Below are positions 27,395 to 39,601 of a stretch of DNA of 64,000 nt, in pieces. The notes under the pieces are model-generated. The model saw nothing but the letters and a program-made list of their open reading frames with translations. It did no database searches and had not been told where the DNA came from. The position numbers and the translations under genes are program-made. How positions within the stretch are numbered: the first letter of the stretch is position 1; every line of letters starts with the position of its first letter. Source of the DNA: Octopus vulgaris (Eukaryota); the NCBI GenBank assembly GCA_951406725.2, contig OX597815.1, forward strand, positions 171,058,001-171,122,000. Reading direction: 5' to 3'.

Positions 27395-27468
27395 AAAACG
27401 CGCTGCCAGGTATGGAACTCAAGACCTTACGATTGTGAATCGAATGTCGTAACCACTAATCCATACAC
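27395..27468 (-). mobile_element. tRNA-like SINE head
   Basis: Minus strand GGTGTATGGATTAGTGGTTACGACATTCGATTCACAATCGTAAGGTCTTGAGTTCCATACCTGG with A-box-like and B-box-like words. Confidence 0.6.
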
Positions 27469-29859
27469 CGGATTTAGACGATAGCTAATACATGTATTCA
27501 TTAAATTAGCTAAAGAGAAAATGATAGGAGTGATGACGCATCAGAAGCCAGTATTAACAAGAGCAGCAGCAACTACGCTACTTCTTAACCACCACTCTTA
27601 TACCTTAGATTTTGTAGAACCATTTAGAAGAGGACGAAATCTTTAGCGAGCCTTCCTTTGTGTTGAAATTTCAACTACAATAATAGCTGCAGTTCTAGGC
27701 TTATGCACCACGATATAATTGGTGAGTCTTTTGTTAGCTTGAAGCGCTGGGCCGGAAAGCTTCCTGCGAATATAGCTCACACTTCAATAACATTAAGGCT
27801 ACTTGTTTGTCGTTAGATCATCTTTTTTTTTACCTTGCAATGCAAGAAAACGTAAAACATTATTGCTAAATCTCCACTATAGCCTCCATAATGTAAGGCA
27901 TATACAAATACGTCCCCTTCACACACACACACATGGTTATATGTGTGTCAAGGAGTATTTATTCATACACACTCACACAGACCTATATATATGTACGTGT
28001 ATGTGTGTGCAAATGTATGTACGTATATGTACATATATGTATAGAGAGTGTGTGTGTTTGTGTTTAAGATATTCTTTGACTCAAGAGAACTTTTATTTAC
28101 TTGATGAAGTGTCAATTCTCATAAATATGTGAACCTTATACAACAAAATGTCGACTGGCATTAATTCACCACACTATATCTCATTACTTTATTCCGCAGG
28201 TCTTATCTTTAATGAAAGGAAACCATTATAACAGCGGTGACAGAGATACTTCAGTGTGCCAAAGTGATAATAGTGCCAACTCGTATTGACCTCCGAAAAA
28301 AAAGAAAGGAAGGGAAGAAATGCGGACTGCAAAAATTTAAGAGTAAGAATGCATAATAGAAAAGAAAGGAAAGAGCAAAGTGGAAAGGAAGGGGTGGAAG
28401 CAGGTTAAAAGTAGAGAGAAAAAAAACGGAGAAGAGGAAGAATTATGGTAAATGCCAATTTCAATAAAAAGTATAATTGTGTGCATGGGAGTGAATGAAT
28501 GGACAGCATGAATAGCGAACCTGTAACAGAGAGCAAGAGAAGGCAGTAGACAAAGGATGACTGAGAGAAAGAGAGAGTGAGAGAGAACGAAAGAGAGATT
28601 GTATGTGAAAGTGTGTATGCGTGTGTGAGCGACTATTTTGGTGTTTCTGTCGAGATTAAATCGTATTGCATTCTTGTGTGTTTTCTAGAACACATTGCTA
28701 GAGAGAACAAATTGGAAACGGTCAAGATAAAACAAGGTCAGGTGAAATATTTTATTTTAACTAGTTCACTTTTTTTTTTTCTTAAACAATGGGTCGCTAC
28801 CCAAAGGGTGTAGTGAAAAAATTTCAGAAATCACGGAATATTCATAGAGATTACCAAAAATTGCTTGCTTTTTTTTTTATGAGAGTATTTTATCTGAATA
28901 TAAAAAAAAAAAAAAGAATGCTTAAAATATACACGCAAGAAAATTTGTCTATGAGAAATAAAATACAAATATAAAACGAATTCTGTACAAGAACAGAACA
29001 ACAGAGAGCTGCATAACCCTTTTCTCTGTTTCTCTGTTCTTGCTTAGTTTACGAGGTATTATTCACCGAGACCGACCACATCTAATGGTTACTGCAATAT
29101 TAAAAAATAAAAACAGAAAGGGAAAATATGAGGAAAAATTTTTTGTCGATGATGCAACCAACCATCTACAAATAAAATCGTTCTTTCTCTTTTTTTCAAC
29201 ACTCGTTTTTATTAGTTTAGTATAATGAAATTTTGATTATATAATGATTTGAAGCATGTTAGATAGTGTGCTTTGCAACATTTGGCACCCTTTCTTTTTC
29301 GTTCAGTCGTATATTAACGATCTAAGAAGGGGGAAGTGAGCTTTTTGTTGCTGTTTTGTTTTTGTTTTTTAATGAGTGGCGTTCAAACGATGTGTGTTTA
29401 CATGTATGAACGTGAAGTTACCATCAAGAAATGTTTCATATACAAGCAATGAGATATAGTGCAACAGTAGATGCCTTTTGAGATAATTTAACTTCGACGA
29501 TGGACACTTTACTCCCAAGGCCCAGAAATAATGACCTATATTTTTCGATTTTTCAATTTCCATAGGAACTTTATATCACATAAAAATCAATTCAATACTT
29601 ATAAAAATAAGTCTTTAATTTCGAATTTATGATATTTAAATACTTATAAATATAGATTTTTCTTGGCTAATTCAAGTTACTGATTGTTTTCAGTTTATTT
29701 TTATAGTTATTTACAAAGTATTAATTTTTATTGCACAGAATTGAAAGTACCTTCCCATGCATAAATGGTTAAATTCAATATTGAATAATAGTTCCTGTAG
29801 AACGTGTATGCAGGAACAAGAATCGGAAAGTGAACCAAACTGTGGAAGCCGAACAATGC

Positions 29860-30445
29860 TCCGCAAAATAAAAAAAGGAAGTACAGCGAATCTTTTTACT
29901 ACATATGTTTATTTTTGCTCTTAGACGCGAAGAGAGCCGTTAAATCGGCTTAAATTGTTTGGAATACGTAGGAATAAAATTATGAAGCCTCCTAAATGAA
30001 AAAGGTATTAGTTATGTTTCTGATAGAAGTAATTCGTTAATGCTTACTAAAGATTACAGAAATCTTTGAAAAATAGAAAATCTTTGAAAACCATACACTA
30101 GTTTAAAAAGAAGCATAATAAAAGAGTATATTATAGGGTCCGATGTTTAATTAAAAATATAAGACATACACTTTGATGAAGATCTTGTGTTGCCATCAGT
30201 AAATAGACAGATTCAAAGGAACTATTGCAGAAAGAACTATGTAGGCGAAATTAGAAAAATCGAATCTCAAATAATACAGTATGTAAAGGAATTGCAGAAA
30301 TGTTCAATAATTTGAGCAGAATTAAAGAAAGTGCTAAGTTTGTGATTCAGTTTGACGAATACACCGACAAGGCAAATGTGACTAAATGACTGGAATTTAT
30401 CAGAGTCATATGAAAATAATATGCATAAGGACTTATTATTTCAAG
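29860..30445 (+). pseudogene. hAT (Charlie/Buster, ZBED5/SCAND3-like) transposase relic
   Basis: KKRKYSES...MKPPK*KR...DEDLVLPS...SNNTVCKGIAEMFNNLSRIKESAKFVIQFDEYTDKANVTK*LEFIR...YENNMHKDLLF matches the LSNNTVxRRI...FAIQLDESTD...QLLVFVRY...EDFLF motifs. Confidence 0.88.
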
Positions 30446-30480
30446 GCCTTGTGCCCTCAGTAGAAAGAATTATTATTATT

Positions 30481-30770
30481 GCAGCGAGCTGGCAGAATCG
30501 TTAGCACGCCGGGCGAAATGCTTAGCAGTATTTCGTCTGCCGCTACGTTCTGAGTTCAAATTCCGCCGAGGTCGACTTTACCTTTCATCCTTTCGGGGTC
30601 GATTAAATAAGTACCAGTTACGCACTAGGGTCGATATAATCGACTTAATCCGTTTGTTTGTCCTCTCTGTGTTTAGCCCCTTGTGAGTAGTAAAGAAATA
30701 GGTATTTCGCCCGATGCTTCGTCCTGAGTTCAAATTTCACCGAGATCGACTATGCCTTTCATCCATTCGG
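30481..30770 (+). mobile_element. family 1 SINE, young, running into a partial second unit; preceded by another SINE tail (30444-30480)
   Basis: Near-consensus head and core. The tail GTAGTAAAGAAATAGGTATTTCG re-enters the internal sequence as in the 36295 trimer. Confidence 0.92.
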
Positions 30771-31750
30771 GTGTTTTACATAGAATGTGTGCGGTGACTA
30801 GTAGTGCTATTTTCTCAATGTAAGTCCTGGCCTTTTTTATGTATTTGTCTGAATTTTTTTATTATACCTAATGATCCTACTATAATAGGAATTGTTTCTG
30901 TTTTTGGGCCCCACATTCGAGTTACCTCTATTTCCAGATCTTTATATTTTGAAAGTTTCTTTGTTTCTTTTAGAGAAACGTTGTCATCTGTTGGTATTGA
31001 TACATCGATTAGAAAGCATTTTTTTTTCTTGGAGATGGCTGACAACTATATCTGACCTATTGGACTTAATTTCTCTATCTGTGAGTATTGGCATATCCCC
31101 GATTGCATTCTCATTTTCTGTGACCTTTTGTGGGGTGTGCCTATACTATCTTTTTTTTTCTCTTGTTATTCCATAGAGTTGGCAAAACTTCCAGTGTATA
31201 TAGGTCCCAACTCTCTCGTGTCTGTGGATACATTCCATCTAAGCCAGGACTGGGCAGGCAGAAACAATATGATTTATTGTTTCTTTTCCATCACCACATA
31301 TTCTGGAGTTACTTGTATTTCTTTTCATTGCGTGTTTTTGACGATTTCTATTTGGAAGGCTTTGATCCTGTGCTGCAATTAAACATTCATCAGTCTCTGC
31401 TTTGAGTCCTGAACTTCTCAACCATTGTTGGGATTTTGCTTTGTCTATTTCTTTTCTGTTAAGCTTAACCCAATAATTGCTATGTAGGAGCTTTTCTTGC
31501 CATCGTTTTATCATGATCCGTTGCTGTTCCAGTTTTAGTTTGGATTTCAGCTGTTCTAAGGCTTTTGTTGTTTCTTCTTTTTCTTCATAGTTGTAAGGTA
31601 CTGTGACTTCTATTTTCTATTTGTCAGCTTCCTTAAAAACAGAGAACAGCTTTTTTGTTTTGTTCATGTTTTGTGGCTATTTGTATTAGTTTTCCTTGCT
31701 TTTGAAGTAGGTATTTCTGTAGTCCTATGGTGGTAATTTTGTAATTATTA
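30771..31750 (-). pseudogene. R4/Dong-like non-LTR retrotransposon 3' part (CCHC knuckle and restriction-like endonuclease)
   Basis: ORFs 31239-31514 and 30815-31045: WLRSSGLKAETDECLIAAQDQSL, RICGDGKETINHIVSACPVLA, NRSDIVV..KKCFLIDVSIP..KETKKLSKYKDL (PD-(D/E)xK fold) and terminal EKIALLVTAHILCKT. Confidence 0.92.
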
Positions 31751-31769
31751 CTTTTTATATATTTTTTAA

Positions 31770-32005
31770 GGCAGCGTGCTGGCAGAATCGTTAGCGCGTC
31801 AGGCAAAATACTTTGCGGCATTTCGTCAGTCTTTATGTTCTGAGTTCAAATTCTGCCGAGGTCGACTCTGCCTTTCATCCTTTCGGGGTCAATAAATTAA
31901 GTACCAGTGAAACACTTGTGTCGATGTAATCGACTGTCCCCGTCCCCATTAACTTGAGGCTTTGTGCTTCTAGTAGAAAGGATTATTATTATTATTATCA
32001 TTATT
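31770..32005 (+). mobile_element. family 1 SINE with (ATT)n tail
   Basis: Full head and core, ends GTAGAAAGG(ATT)n. Confidence 0.92.
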
Positions 32006-32739
32006 ATCAATAGGGACTGTTTTTGCACTGTTATATCTGCCTTTATCCAAGGGCGATTATAATCAAAGAAGTCTGAGCAAAGACTTAGTAGAATCACAGT
32101 AAATATTTAGAATAGTGGCTCTTTTCCAGTTTATTCTGGACGTCACAAGGAAATGTATAACACAATGAATTAACGAAAGATAGAGTCAAAGAGAAAGTGA
32201 ATTACTCAAATATACCACTTAGTATTTAATTCGACGAGGAAACACAGAGTCTATCAGTCTGTTTTGTTACCTTCGACTGAAAGCTTAGATAGTTGGTGTA
32301 GGTTAATAGTGTTAATATCTTCAATTGTCAGTACCGGAATTAAAATAATCTAAACTTAGAAATCTCTAATTAGAATTTGTCTAGTGAGTAAAGTAGCAAA
32401 ACACAGGAGCAGCGAGAGAATCACTACTTGGTTAATCTACAAGACATAGCAGTTAGTCTAACGCAAATCATACCTTCCCATCGATGGGGCAGCCAACTGT
32501 GGAATGTCATCAATCATACGTCGGCTTGTGTAGGTCTCACCTGGAGTTAGACAACAATAAAAACATGGAGAACAAATCCTACACAATGAGCATTCGGTTA
32601 TATTCAACTAATAGTGATACTAAAATCGAGTATTTATTGCATATTTCTTATTGCAGCCTCGTCTAAAGAGAGAACTTGGAGCTCTGAGACCGCTGAAGAT
32701 GATCCTCGAGTTCCTATTAAATAGCTAGAAGCTGACCAC

Positions 32740-34480
32740 CGTAGAAATAATATGAGCAGAGTTAAAATTCCAAAGGCTTGAAGAATTGCGCATCATTGTG
32801 TGGGAAAGAAAATATAAGTGACTAGAGAAGTAGAGAGGAGTAAGCTGGGAGAGTCTGAGTGGTTGAGCTTGTGACCTGCCGACTCCAAAGAGCAGAAGCC
32901 ACTGTAAGTAGTGGTATAAAAAGCAGAGAGGGGAGAGTCACATAGTGTGCCTGTGTTTGGAGTATGCTGGGGAACCACTTTTTGCTAATCCGCTAAATGT
33001 CCTCTTTCCAGGCGTCCTAAGGTATATGTGTATAAACCTGTATGTACGTGCATGCATTTGTTCGGTTAAATATATTCGCTTAAATGTGCATGTGTTCTCT
33101 TAAATGTGTGCGTATGTGTGTGTGCGTGAGAGTGTGTGTGTGTGCGTGAGAGGAAGAGAGTTGTGTGAGAGGGAGAGAGAGTGTGTGTTTGTGTGTGTGT
33201 GTGTGTATGTGTGTGTGTGTGTGTATGTGTGTGTTTGTGTGTGTGTGTAGCAGCAACAGCAGCACAGCTCTAGGTATGGGCACACCATTTAATTAGGCTT
33301 TTTAACCATTTGATCTGGCTCTGAAGAGGAAAACGTTTTTGAGGTGACATTTTGACAATGTTGAATATGTTCATTCATTAGAACTGATGGTGAGTCCTAG
33401 CATTTATAGCAACCTTAAGCTTTGTAGTTGTGTGATGTAGGCAGGATGTTTATTTTATATGAGAAAGGATAGCGTCACTCTTCTGTTTGAAGAAGTCACG
33501 CTTTGTTTGAAACCACTGGACGTTGTTTAGATCTCTGCTTACAGAGTTAGGGCAGAATTAGCATCACTTCCCCGGGCTGCATGTAGATGTCGCCGAGAGG
33601 GGAATAGGTACAGAAGACTGAATGATGATATCGTCTCTCTGAAAGTGGGCATTTTTGGAGATGTCAGTAATTAAGTTGCAGATGCAAAAGAGAAAGATTA
33701 TGGGGACAAGACGAAAACCTGCAACACACCAGACATGATACATTATTGATCAGGGAGATCTCCATCAGCTCATGCAACATTGTTGCTATCTGACTGGAAG
33801 CAACCAATCCAAAATGCATGAGACAGTGAAGGCAATTGTTAGGCAATTGAACTGCGAAAATTTCATACGTGGTAAGAATCCTCACTAATATTGATGGTAC
33901 CAGCTTTATTGCCACATAACTGAACGAGGGAGATACACCACTGGTAAGTGATATAGGAGAGTAACTTCCAATCGATCCGACTTTGTGGAAGATGTAGTGA
34001 TTATTATTAAGGGGTATGAGAAATGCAAGGTAGTCTTTTTCATTGTTGAGGGTCGACTCAATTGCGGGTTTCGATGTTGAAGGTAGAGTGATGAGATGAC
34101 AGTTTACGAAGTTAGACGAAATGCTCTTTTTGGCAATGAGACACGCGTTTCCAAAAGCTCAAGATATACCCTGAGTGAGAAGTGGATAAACAGAGTCTAA
34201 TAAAACGTAAGAGAGTTGTTGGACAGGACGGGAATAACTCTGTGGAACGCTGTAATAAGATTGTTAAGGCCGGCAGCTTTGTTGAGTGGAAAAGGTAGTA
34301 GGTTCTCTTGCATAAGGGAAAGTAAATCTACGTCCCTTTTATGCAGATGTGTGGCTTACCTGGCCATTATAGCTAAAAAGAGAGGGAATGAGGATTCTCA
34401 ATATTAATTAGAGATAATTTTAGGAAGGGTCCAAAAGGATTGGATGGCGGTTGAGTTTATGGACTGGAAGACGAACAAAG
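32740..34480 (-). pseudogene. CR1/L2/Jockey-group LINE reverse transcriptase relic, interrupted by microsatellite 33030-33280
   Basis: Minus strand in order: GSYSPISLTSGVS (~33970, NYRPISLTS motif), SGVLQVFVLSP/IIFLFCICNL (SGVPQGSVLSPxLF), AHFQRDDIII (YADD region), SRDLNNVQWF, then C-terminal SAFYTTTYSGFCSLE and YIFFPTQ. Outer boundaries approximate. Confidence 0.8.
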
Positions 34481-35007
34481 GTATACATTGTTATGTTCTT
34501 ACATATATATGAATATGTGCGTAAATATATACACATATCTCATATATATATATACATTGATAATGCTGCAGAAGATTAGTCTGATACTTGACATTTTTTG
34601 CCATTTGTACCAGTATCTACGCTAGAGGGTTGAAATAAAATGTATAAATTTGTATCCATCTGTCTATCCTAATCACTTACTTCACACTTTCTCCTTCCCA
34701 CTTTTCTCTCTTTCTCATTACATATATGTGTGTATGTATGTATGTATGTATGTATGTATGTATGTATATATATATGTGTGTGTATATTAATCAAACTATA
34801 CAGAATAATAAAACCCTGTTTCAACTGATCTTACCGATCGGTTTTGCATTGTGTATTAGACAGCGGGATATTACATGACGTGGTGGTTAACTGGTGACCT
34901 GCTCTTCAGAAATATATCCATTCTAGCACCCAACTCCATTGACAAATAAACGGGTTCATATTCTTGCTTATTTACATATTCTTGGACGACTATACTTACA
35001 TACATAC

Positions 35008-35525
35008 TGATGTGTTGACGCCCCCAGACGATGAAGTAGGCTAGCCAATACGTAGATATAGAGGAGAAGCCTAGACGTCAAGAGTGGAGTTGAGTAGAGG
35101 TCATCCGAGTATGGGACTGCGAACTCACAATCTGCTAGCAGAGTATCCATCACTTGCTGAAATATTGTTGGTGCGACCTTTACCCCAAATGGCAGTCTTT
35201 TGAAACGGTACAGACCTTTATGGTATGATTTGTTCAAGGTCCCAGAACCACAAGCAAAAGCAGAACCGACACGTAGGTCGAACAGGAAGAGAAAACCTAA
35301 AGAAATGATGGAAATTAATGCTAAGAGAAAAAGATATGCCAGTTTCTCACCGGATAAGAAATAGAATTGATAAATTCGGGTTTAAAAATAAACTCAAAAG
35401 GGGGAGGTGTTGCGTGGACGCCTCCAGACGATAAAGTAGGCTAGCCCAGTACGTAGATATAGAAGGAGAAAACTTGGCGTCAAGAGTGGAGTTGAGTAGA
35501 GGTCATCCGAACGTGTGACATAACA
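35008..35525 (+). mobile_element. rearranged miniature Ty3/Gypsy LTR element
   Basis: LTR-like direct repeats at 35008-35108 and 35408-35525 (TG...CA). Polypurine tract AAAAGGGGGAGG immediately before 35408. Integrase-tail peptide PTRRSNRKRKPKE (+, 35238-35365). Inverted RT fragment HKGLYRFKRLPFGVKVAPTIFQQVMD...PYSDDL (-, 35098-35237). Confidence 0.88.
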
Positions 35526-35858
35526 CACACACACACACACACACGCACACACACATATGTATATGTGTTTGTGTGTGAGTGTGTGTGTAAAGTGTGTTGC
35601 AAAATGTTAAACCAAGTACAGTATAGTCACTAAGTAAAGATAAGACAACGCTCTTCTTTTGTATATTTGTATTCACAATCTTCCCTACGAATAAACTCTT
35701 TACGCCTACGCTTCTATGCATTTATCTGCTTTTTTTTTACATATACACATATATACACGTTTGTGTGTGGGTGGGTGTGTGATTATGCGCAGAGTAAATT
35801 CTGGTTCATTTCCAAGACAATTTGATCAAAATTTAGGAAATGTTTAATCAATCAATGA

Positions 35859-35889
<31 letters not shown>

Positions 35890-36294
35890 TGTCAAATGTG
35901 GCACAAAACGATAACGAAGGAACACACAGAAAACAGGAAAAATATACAAAAGGTGTAGACAGGTTCATCCCTCATCAGTTATCGATGAAGGAACAACCAT
36001 CACAAATTCGACGCTTTATATACATAGGGAGAAACAGAGTATGTAGTAGTGTGAATTGTGAGTAGGTGTTTAATGTGATAAGAAGCGTTGTGTATACTTC
36101 CCTTGATTAATGTACAGACTAATACTTTATGACTTCTGTCAAGCTAGCATGTTATATTGTTGTCACCGATGAAAATACACATACTGACAAGTCAACACTT
36201 AGCTGCCTTCATCATTCAAATATCAAGACAACGAACATTCGTCTATAGGAATCGCAGCAAGCCGTGTCCACTGCTTACAACAGTTAATTATACC

Positions 36295-36882
36295 TATTTC
36301 ATTACTACCCACAAGGGGCTAAACACAGAGAGTACAAACAAGGACAGACAAACGGATTAAGTCGATTATATCGACCCCACTGCGTAACTTGTACTTATTT
36401 AATCGACCCCGAAAGGATGAAAGGCAAAGTCGACCTCGGCGGAATTTGAACTCAGAACATAATGGCAGACGAAATACCTATTTCTTTACTACCCACAAGG
36501 GGCTGAGCACAGAGAGGACAAACAAATGGATTAAGCCGATTATATCGACCCCAGTGCGTAACTGGTACTTAATTTATCGACCCCGAAAAGATGAAAGGCA
36601 AAGTCGACCTCGGCGGAATTTGAACTCAGAACGTAGCGGCAGACGAAATACCGATTTCTTTACTACCCACAAGAGGCTAAGCACAGAGAGGACAAACAAG
36701 GAGAGACAAACGGATTAAGTCGATCATATCGACTCCTGTGCGTAACTGGTACTTAATTTATCGACCCCGAAAAGATGAAAGGCAAAGTCGACCTCGGCGG
36801 AATTTGAACTCAGGACGTAACGGCAGACGAAATACCGCTAAGTATTTCGCCCGGCGTGCCAACGTTTCTGCCAGCTCGCCGC
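36295..36882 (-). mobile_element. family 1 SINE tandem trimer with 21-bp TSD
   Basis: One head followed by three ~175-185 bp bodies (junctions near 36476 and 36650). Flanks CTTACAACA(G/A)TTAATTATACC at 36274-36294 and 36883-36903. Confidence 0.93.
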
Positions 36883-37733
36883 CTTACAACAATTAATTAT
36901 ACCGCTAGTTAATACTTTAGCATTTTAATCGACAATATCCGGCCCCAAAACTCTGCCTGCTTTATGTTCAGAACGACCATGTCTTGCCTCTTGCACCTAG
37001 CCTGCTATCGCATTCAAAAAGTATACAATTACTTGATTGAAATCTCGAAGCTACCTTATAATGCATGATTAATTCAAAGCAGTGTGATTAAATAAACATT
37101 GAATTTACAGCCTCTTTACACTAGAGCTTATCCCGAGTTCTGTGACATTTCAGCGACTAAAACTACAAAACTTTTCCTTGAACAGGGCGCCGGTCCAGCG
37201 TAGGCTTTAACCCTCAGCTGCTGCTACCGTTGCCACTGCTGCTGGTATTAGTTTTCATCTAAATGCACAAAAGCAATGTGAAGTGAAGTGACTGATTATG
37301 AAATAACAAGCTTTCGGATGTCTACTCTTTACTTCTTTCATTCGGCTATCTTCGGTTCTGTACAAGATTATACGTATTTAGTTTGAAACTACATGTCTCT
37401 CGTACACTTGCATAGAATTAAGTGATTGGGACTTAAGTCATCTATAAATAGCAAAGACCTTGATCGATTGCAAATATGATTTCTATAGCTTTCTGTATCT
37501 GATTTTTTTTTTCGAGTGTGCTTGTCTAACTAATGACACACACATACACATACACGCACACACACACACACACACACAAAAACACACACACTTACACACA
37601 CATGTACATATGTTCTTATTTAGAGACCCAAGCAAACACCATATTCAACACCATTTCAATGCAAGAACCCATGTCTGCGAAACTAATAAATAACATATCT
37701 TTTGCTTTAAAAATGCTTCTCTACGTCAAACTT

Positions 37734-37740
<7 letters not shown>

Positions 37741-37795
<55 letters not shown>
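37741..37795. repeat. (CT)n microsatellite
   Basis: Direct reading. Confidence 0.97.
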
Positions 37796-37810
<15 letters not shown>

Positions 37811-38529
37811 CCGCCTCCACTTTTATCTTCGTAGACTTTATATAAAGCTCTGTTATTATCTATTTCTCAATTACCTTCCCTTGCTGTCAACCTGTCTCCT
37901 TTTACAGCACTCCTCTATTTTCGTTTCTTTATCTCAAACACAATCCTCTGTTGATACGCAGACTGAATCTTCTCCACAGCACTGTAGACAGAGGTGGATA
38001 TACGCAACATTAATAGGGCAACTTGGAATACTATCATATTCCGAATACATATAAACAGATCATATTTTACTAACATGATGATACTTGTTTCACCAAAGAA
38101 TAATATCATATTTTCTTTTATTGTCACATCACTCATCACAAATTCTATATTCCAAGAACTCTTTCAACGTCTTTCGTTTAGTCGGTTTTCGTAGATGCTA
38201 TACATTAAGCGATAACAATTTCTTTCCTTGATAATATTTTGCTTGTTTTCGTGGCTACGGCACGAAACTTCACAGTTGACTAAACACGTATCTTTTATGT
38301 TTCTAACAATAATGTTTATATACATGCATCCTGAGACTTCGATTTCTTGATTGACTGCAAATTACAGTAACCTTCGGATTTTGTCATGTTCTTGTAAACA
38401 ATAGCCACCTTGGCTACATATAGGTTCCTAACGAGCCAATCAATGGTTCTCTGCTTTTACGATAGCAAGAATGCGTAAGCGCAACTCAGGAGGTTCGGAT
38501 ACCATGAGGTGTATCTGTTGTCATTACCA

Positions 38530-38660
38530 ATGTCGACTTTGTCTTTCATCCTTTCAGGGTCGATGAAATAAGTACCCGTTACGCACTGGGGTCGATATAA
38601 TCGACTAGCCTCCTTACCCCCAAAATTTTCATGGCCTTGTGCCTAGAGTAGAAATAATTA
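38530..38660 (+). mobile_element. family 1 SINE, 5'-truncated
   Basis: GTCGACTTTGTCTTTCATCCTTTCAGGGTCGATGAAATAAGTACC...GCCTTGTGCCTAGAGTAGAAA. Confidence 0.85.
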
Positions 38661-38750
38661 CCAAAGTATTTTTTTTTTCCTGCCCATATAGATCAATGTG
38701 CGGGAATAGGTACACCACACACACATACTCACATATATACATACATACGT

Positions 38751-39135
38751 GTGGTAGTGGCACTCCGTCGGTTACGACGACGAGGGTTCCAGTTGATCCG
38801 ATCAACGGAACAGCCTGCTAGTGAAATTATCGTGCAGTGGCTGAACACTCCACAGACACGTATACCCTTAACATAGTCCTCGGGGAGATTCAGTGTGACA
38901 CAGAGTGCGACAAGGCTGGCCCTTTGAAATGCAGGTACAACAGAAACAGGAAGAAAGAGTGAGAGAAAGTTGTGGTGAAAGAGTACAGCAGGGTTCACCA
39001 CCACCCCCTGTCGGAGCCTCGTGTCGCATTACATGTTTTCGTTCAATAAACACTCACAACGCCCGGTCTGGGAATCGAAACCGCGATCCTAAGACCGCGA
39101 ATCCTCTGCCCTAACCACTGGGCCATTGCGCCTCC
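38751..39135 (-). mobile_element. family 3 tRNA(Arg-like)-derived SINE, full length
   Basis: Minus strand GGAGGCGCAATGGCCCAGTGGTTAGGGCAG (A box) ... GGTTTCGATTCCCAGACC (B box), a unique body, and tail CGTCGTCGTAACCGACGGAGTGCCA shared with 26892. Confidence 0.88.
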
Positions 39136-39204
39136 ACATCGCAGGCACGCATACATACGTACGTACATATATAAATACATTACATACATACACACACACA
39201 CACA

Positions 39205-39235
<31 letters not shown>

Positions 39236-39247
39236 ATGCATGCATAC

Positions 39248-39278
<31 letters not shown>

Positions 39279-39299
39279 CATACATACATACATACATAC

Positions 39300-39535
39300 A
39301 AGATGATGGACTCCCTTGTAGCAGACCAGTTGATGAGGGTTCTGCATTTCTTGCTGAAGAACCTGTACAGGTGATTTGTCTGTTGAGGAACAAATGTTTG
39401 GACGTCTATACACCTGTACAGGTGTATAGTGTGCCACACCTTAGATGTTGAAGTGATCGCAGAGCAATGTGAAATGAAGAGTTTGAAGAGCCATGAAGTT
39501 GCAATGATGAGTGCAACTTCCTAATAACTAGGCCA
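39300..39535 (-). mobile_element. degenerate SINE-like repeat
   Basis: GAGCAATGTGAAATGAAG word shared with 37270-37290; tRNA-head remnant near 39500-39535; (CAT)-type tail on the minus strand. Confidence 0.45.
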
Positions 39536-39601
39536 CACACCTTTACACACGCGCGCTCGCACATTTTCATGTACACACATACACACACATATATATATAT
39601 A

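Noticed and set aside
36295-36882. Regularly spaced repeats suggesting a CRISPR array
   Set aside because: The units are ~180-bp SINE bodies without unique spacers; there are no cas genes and the context is eukaryotic.
39055-39135. tRNA-Arg gene
   Set aside because: A and B boxes are present but the cloverleaf is imperfect and continues into a SINE body and tail.
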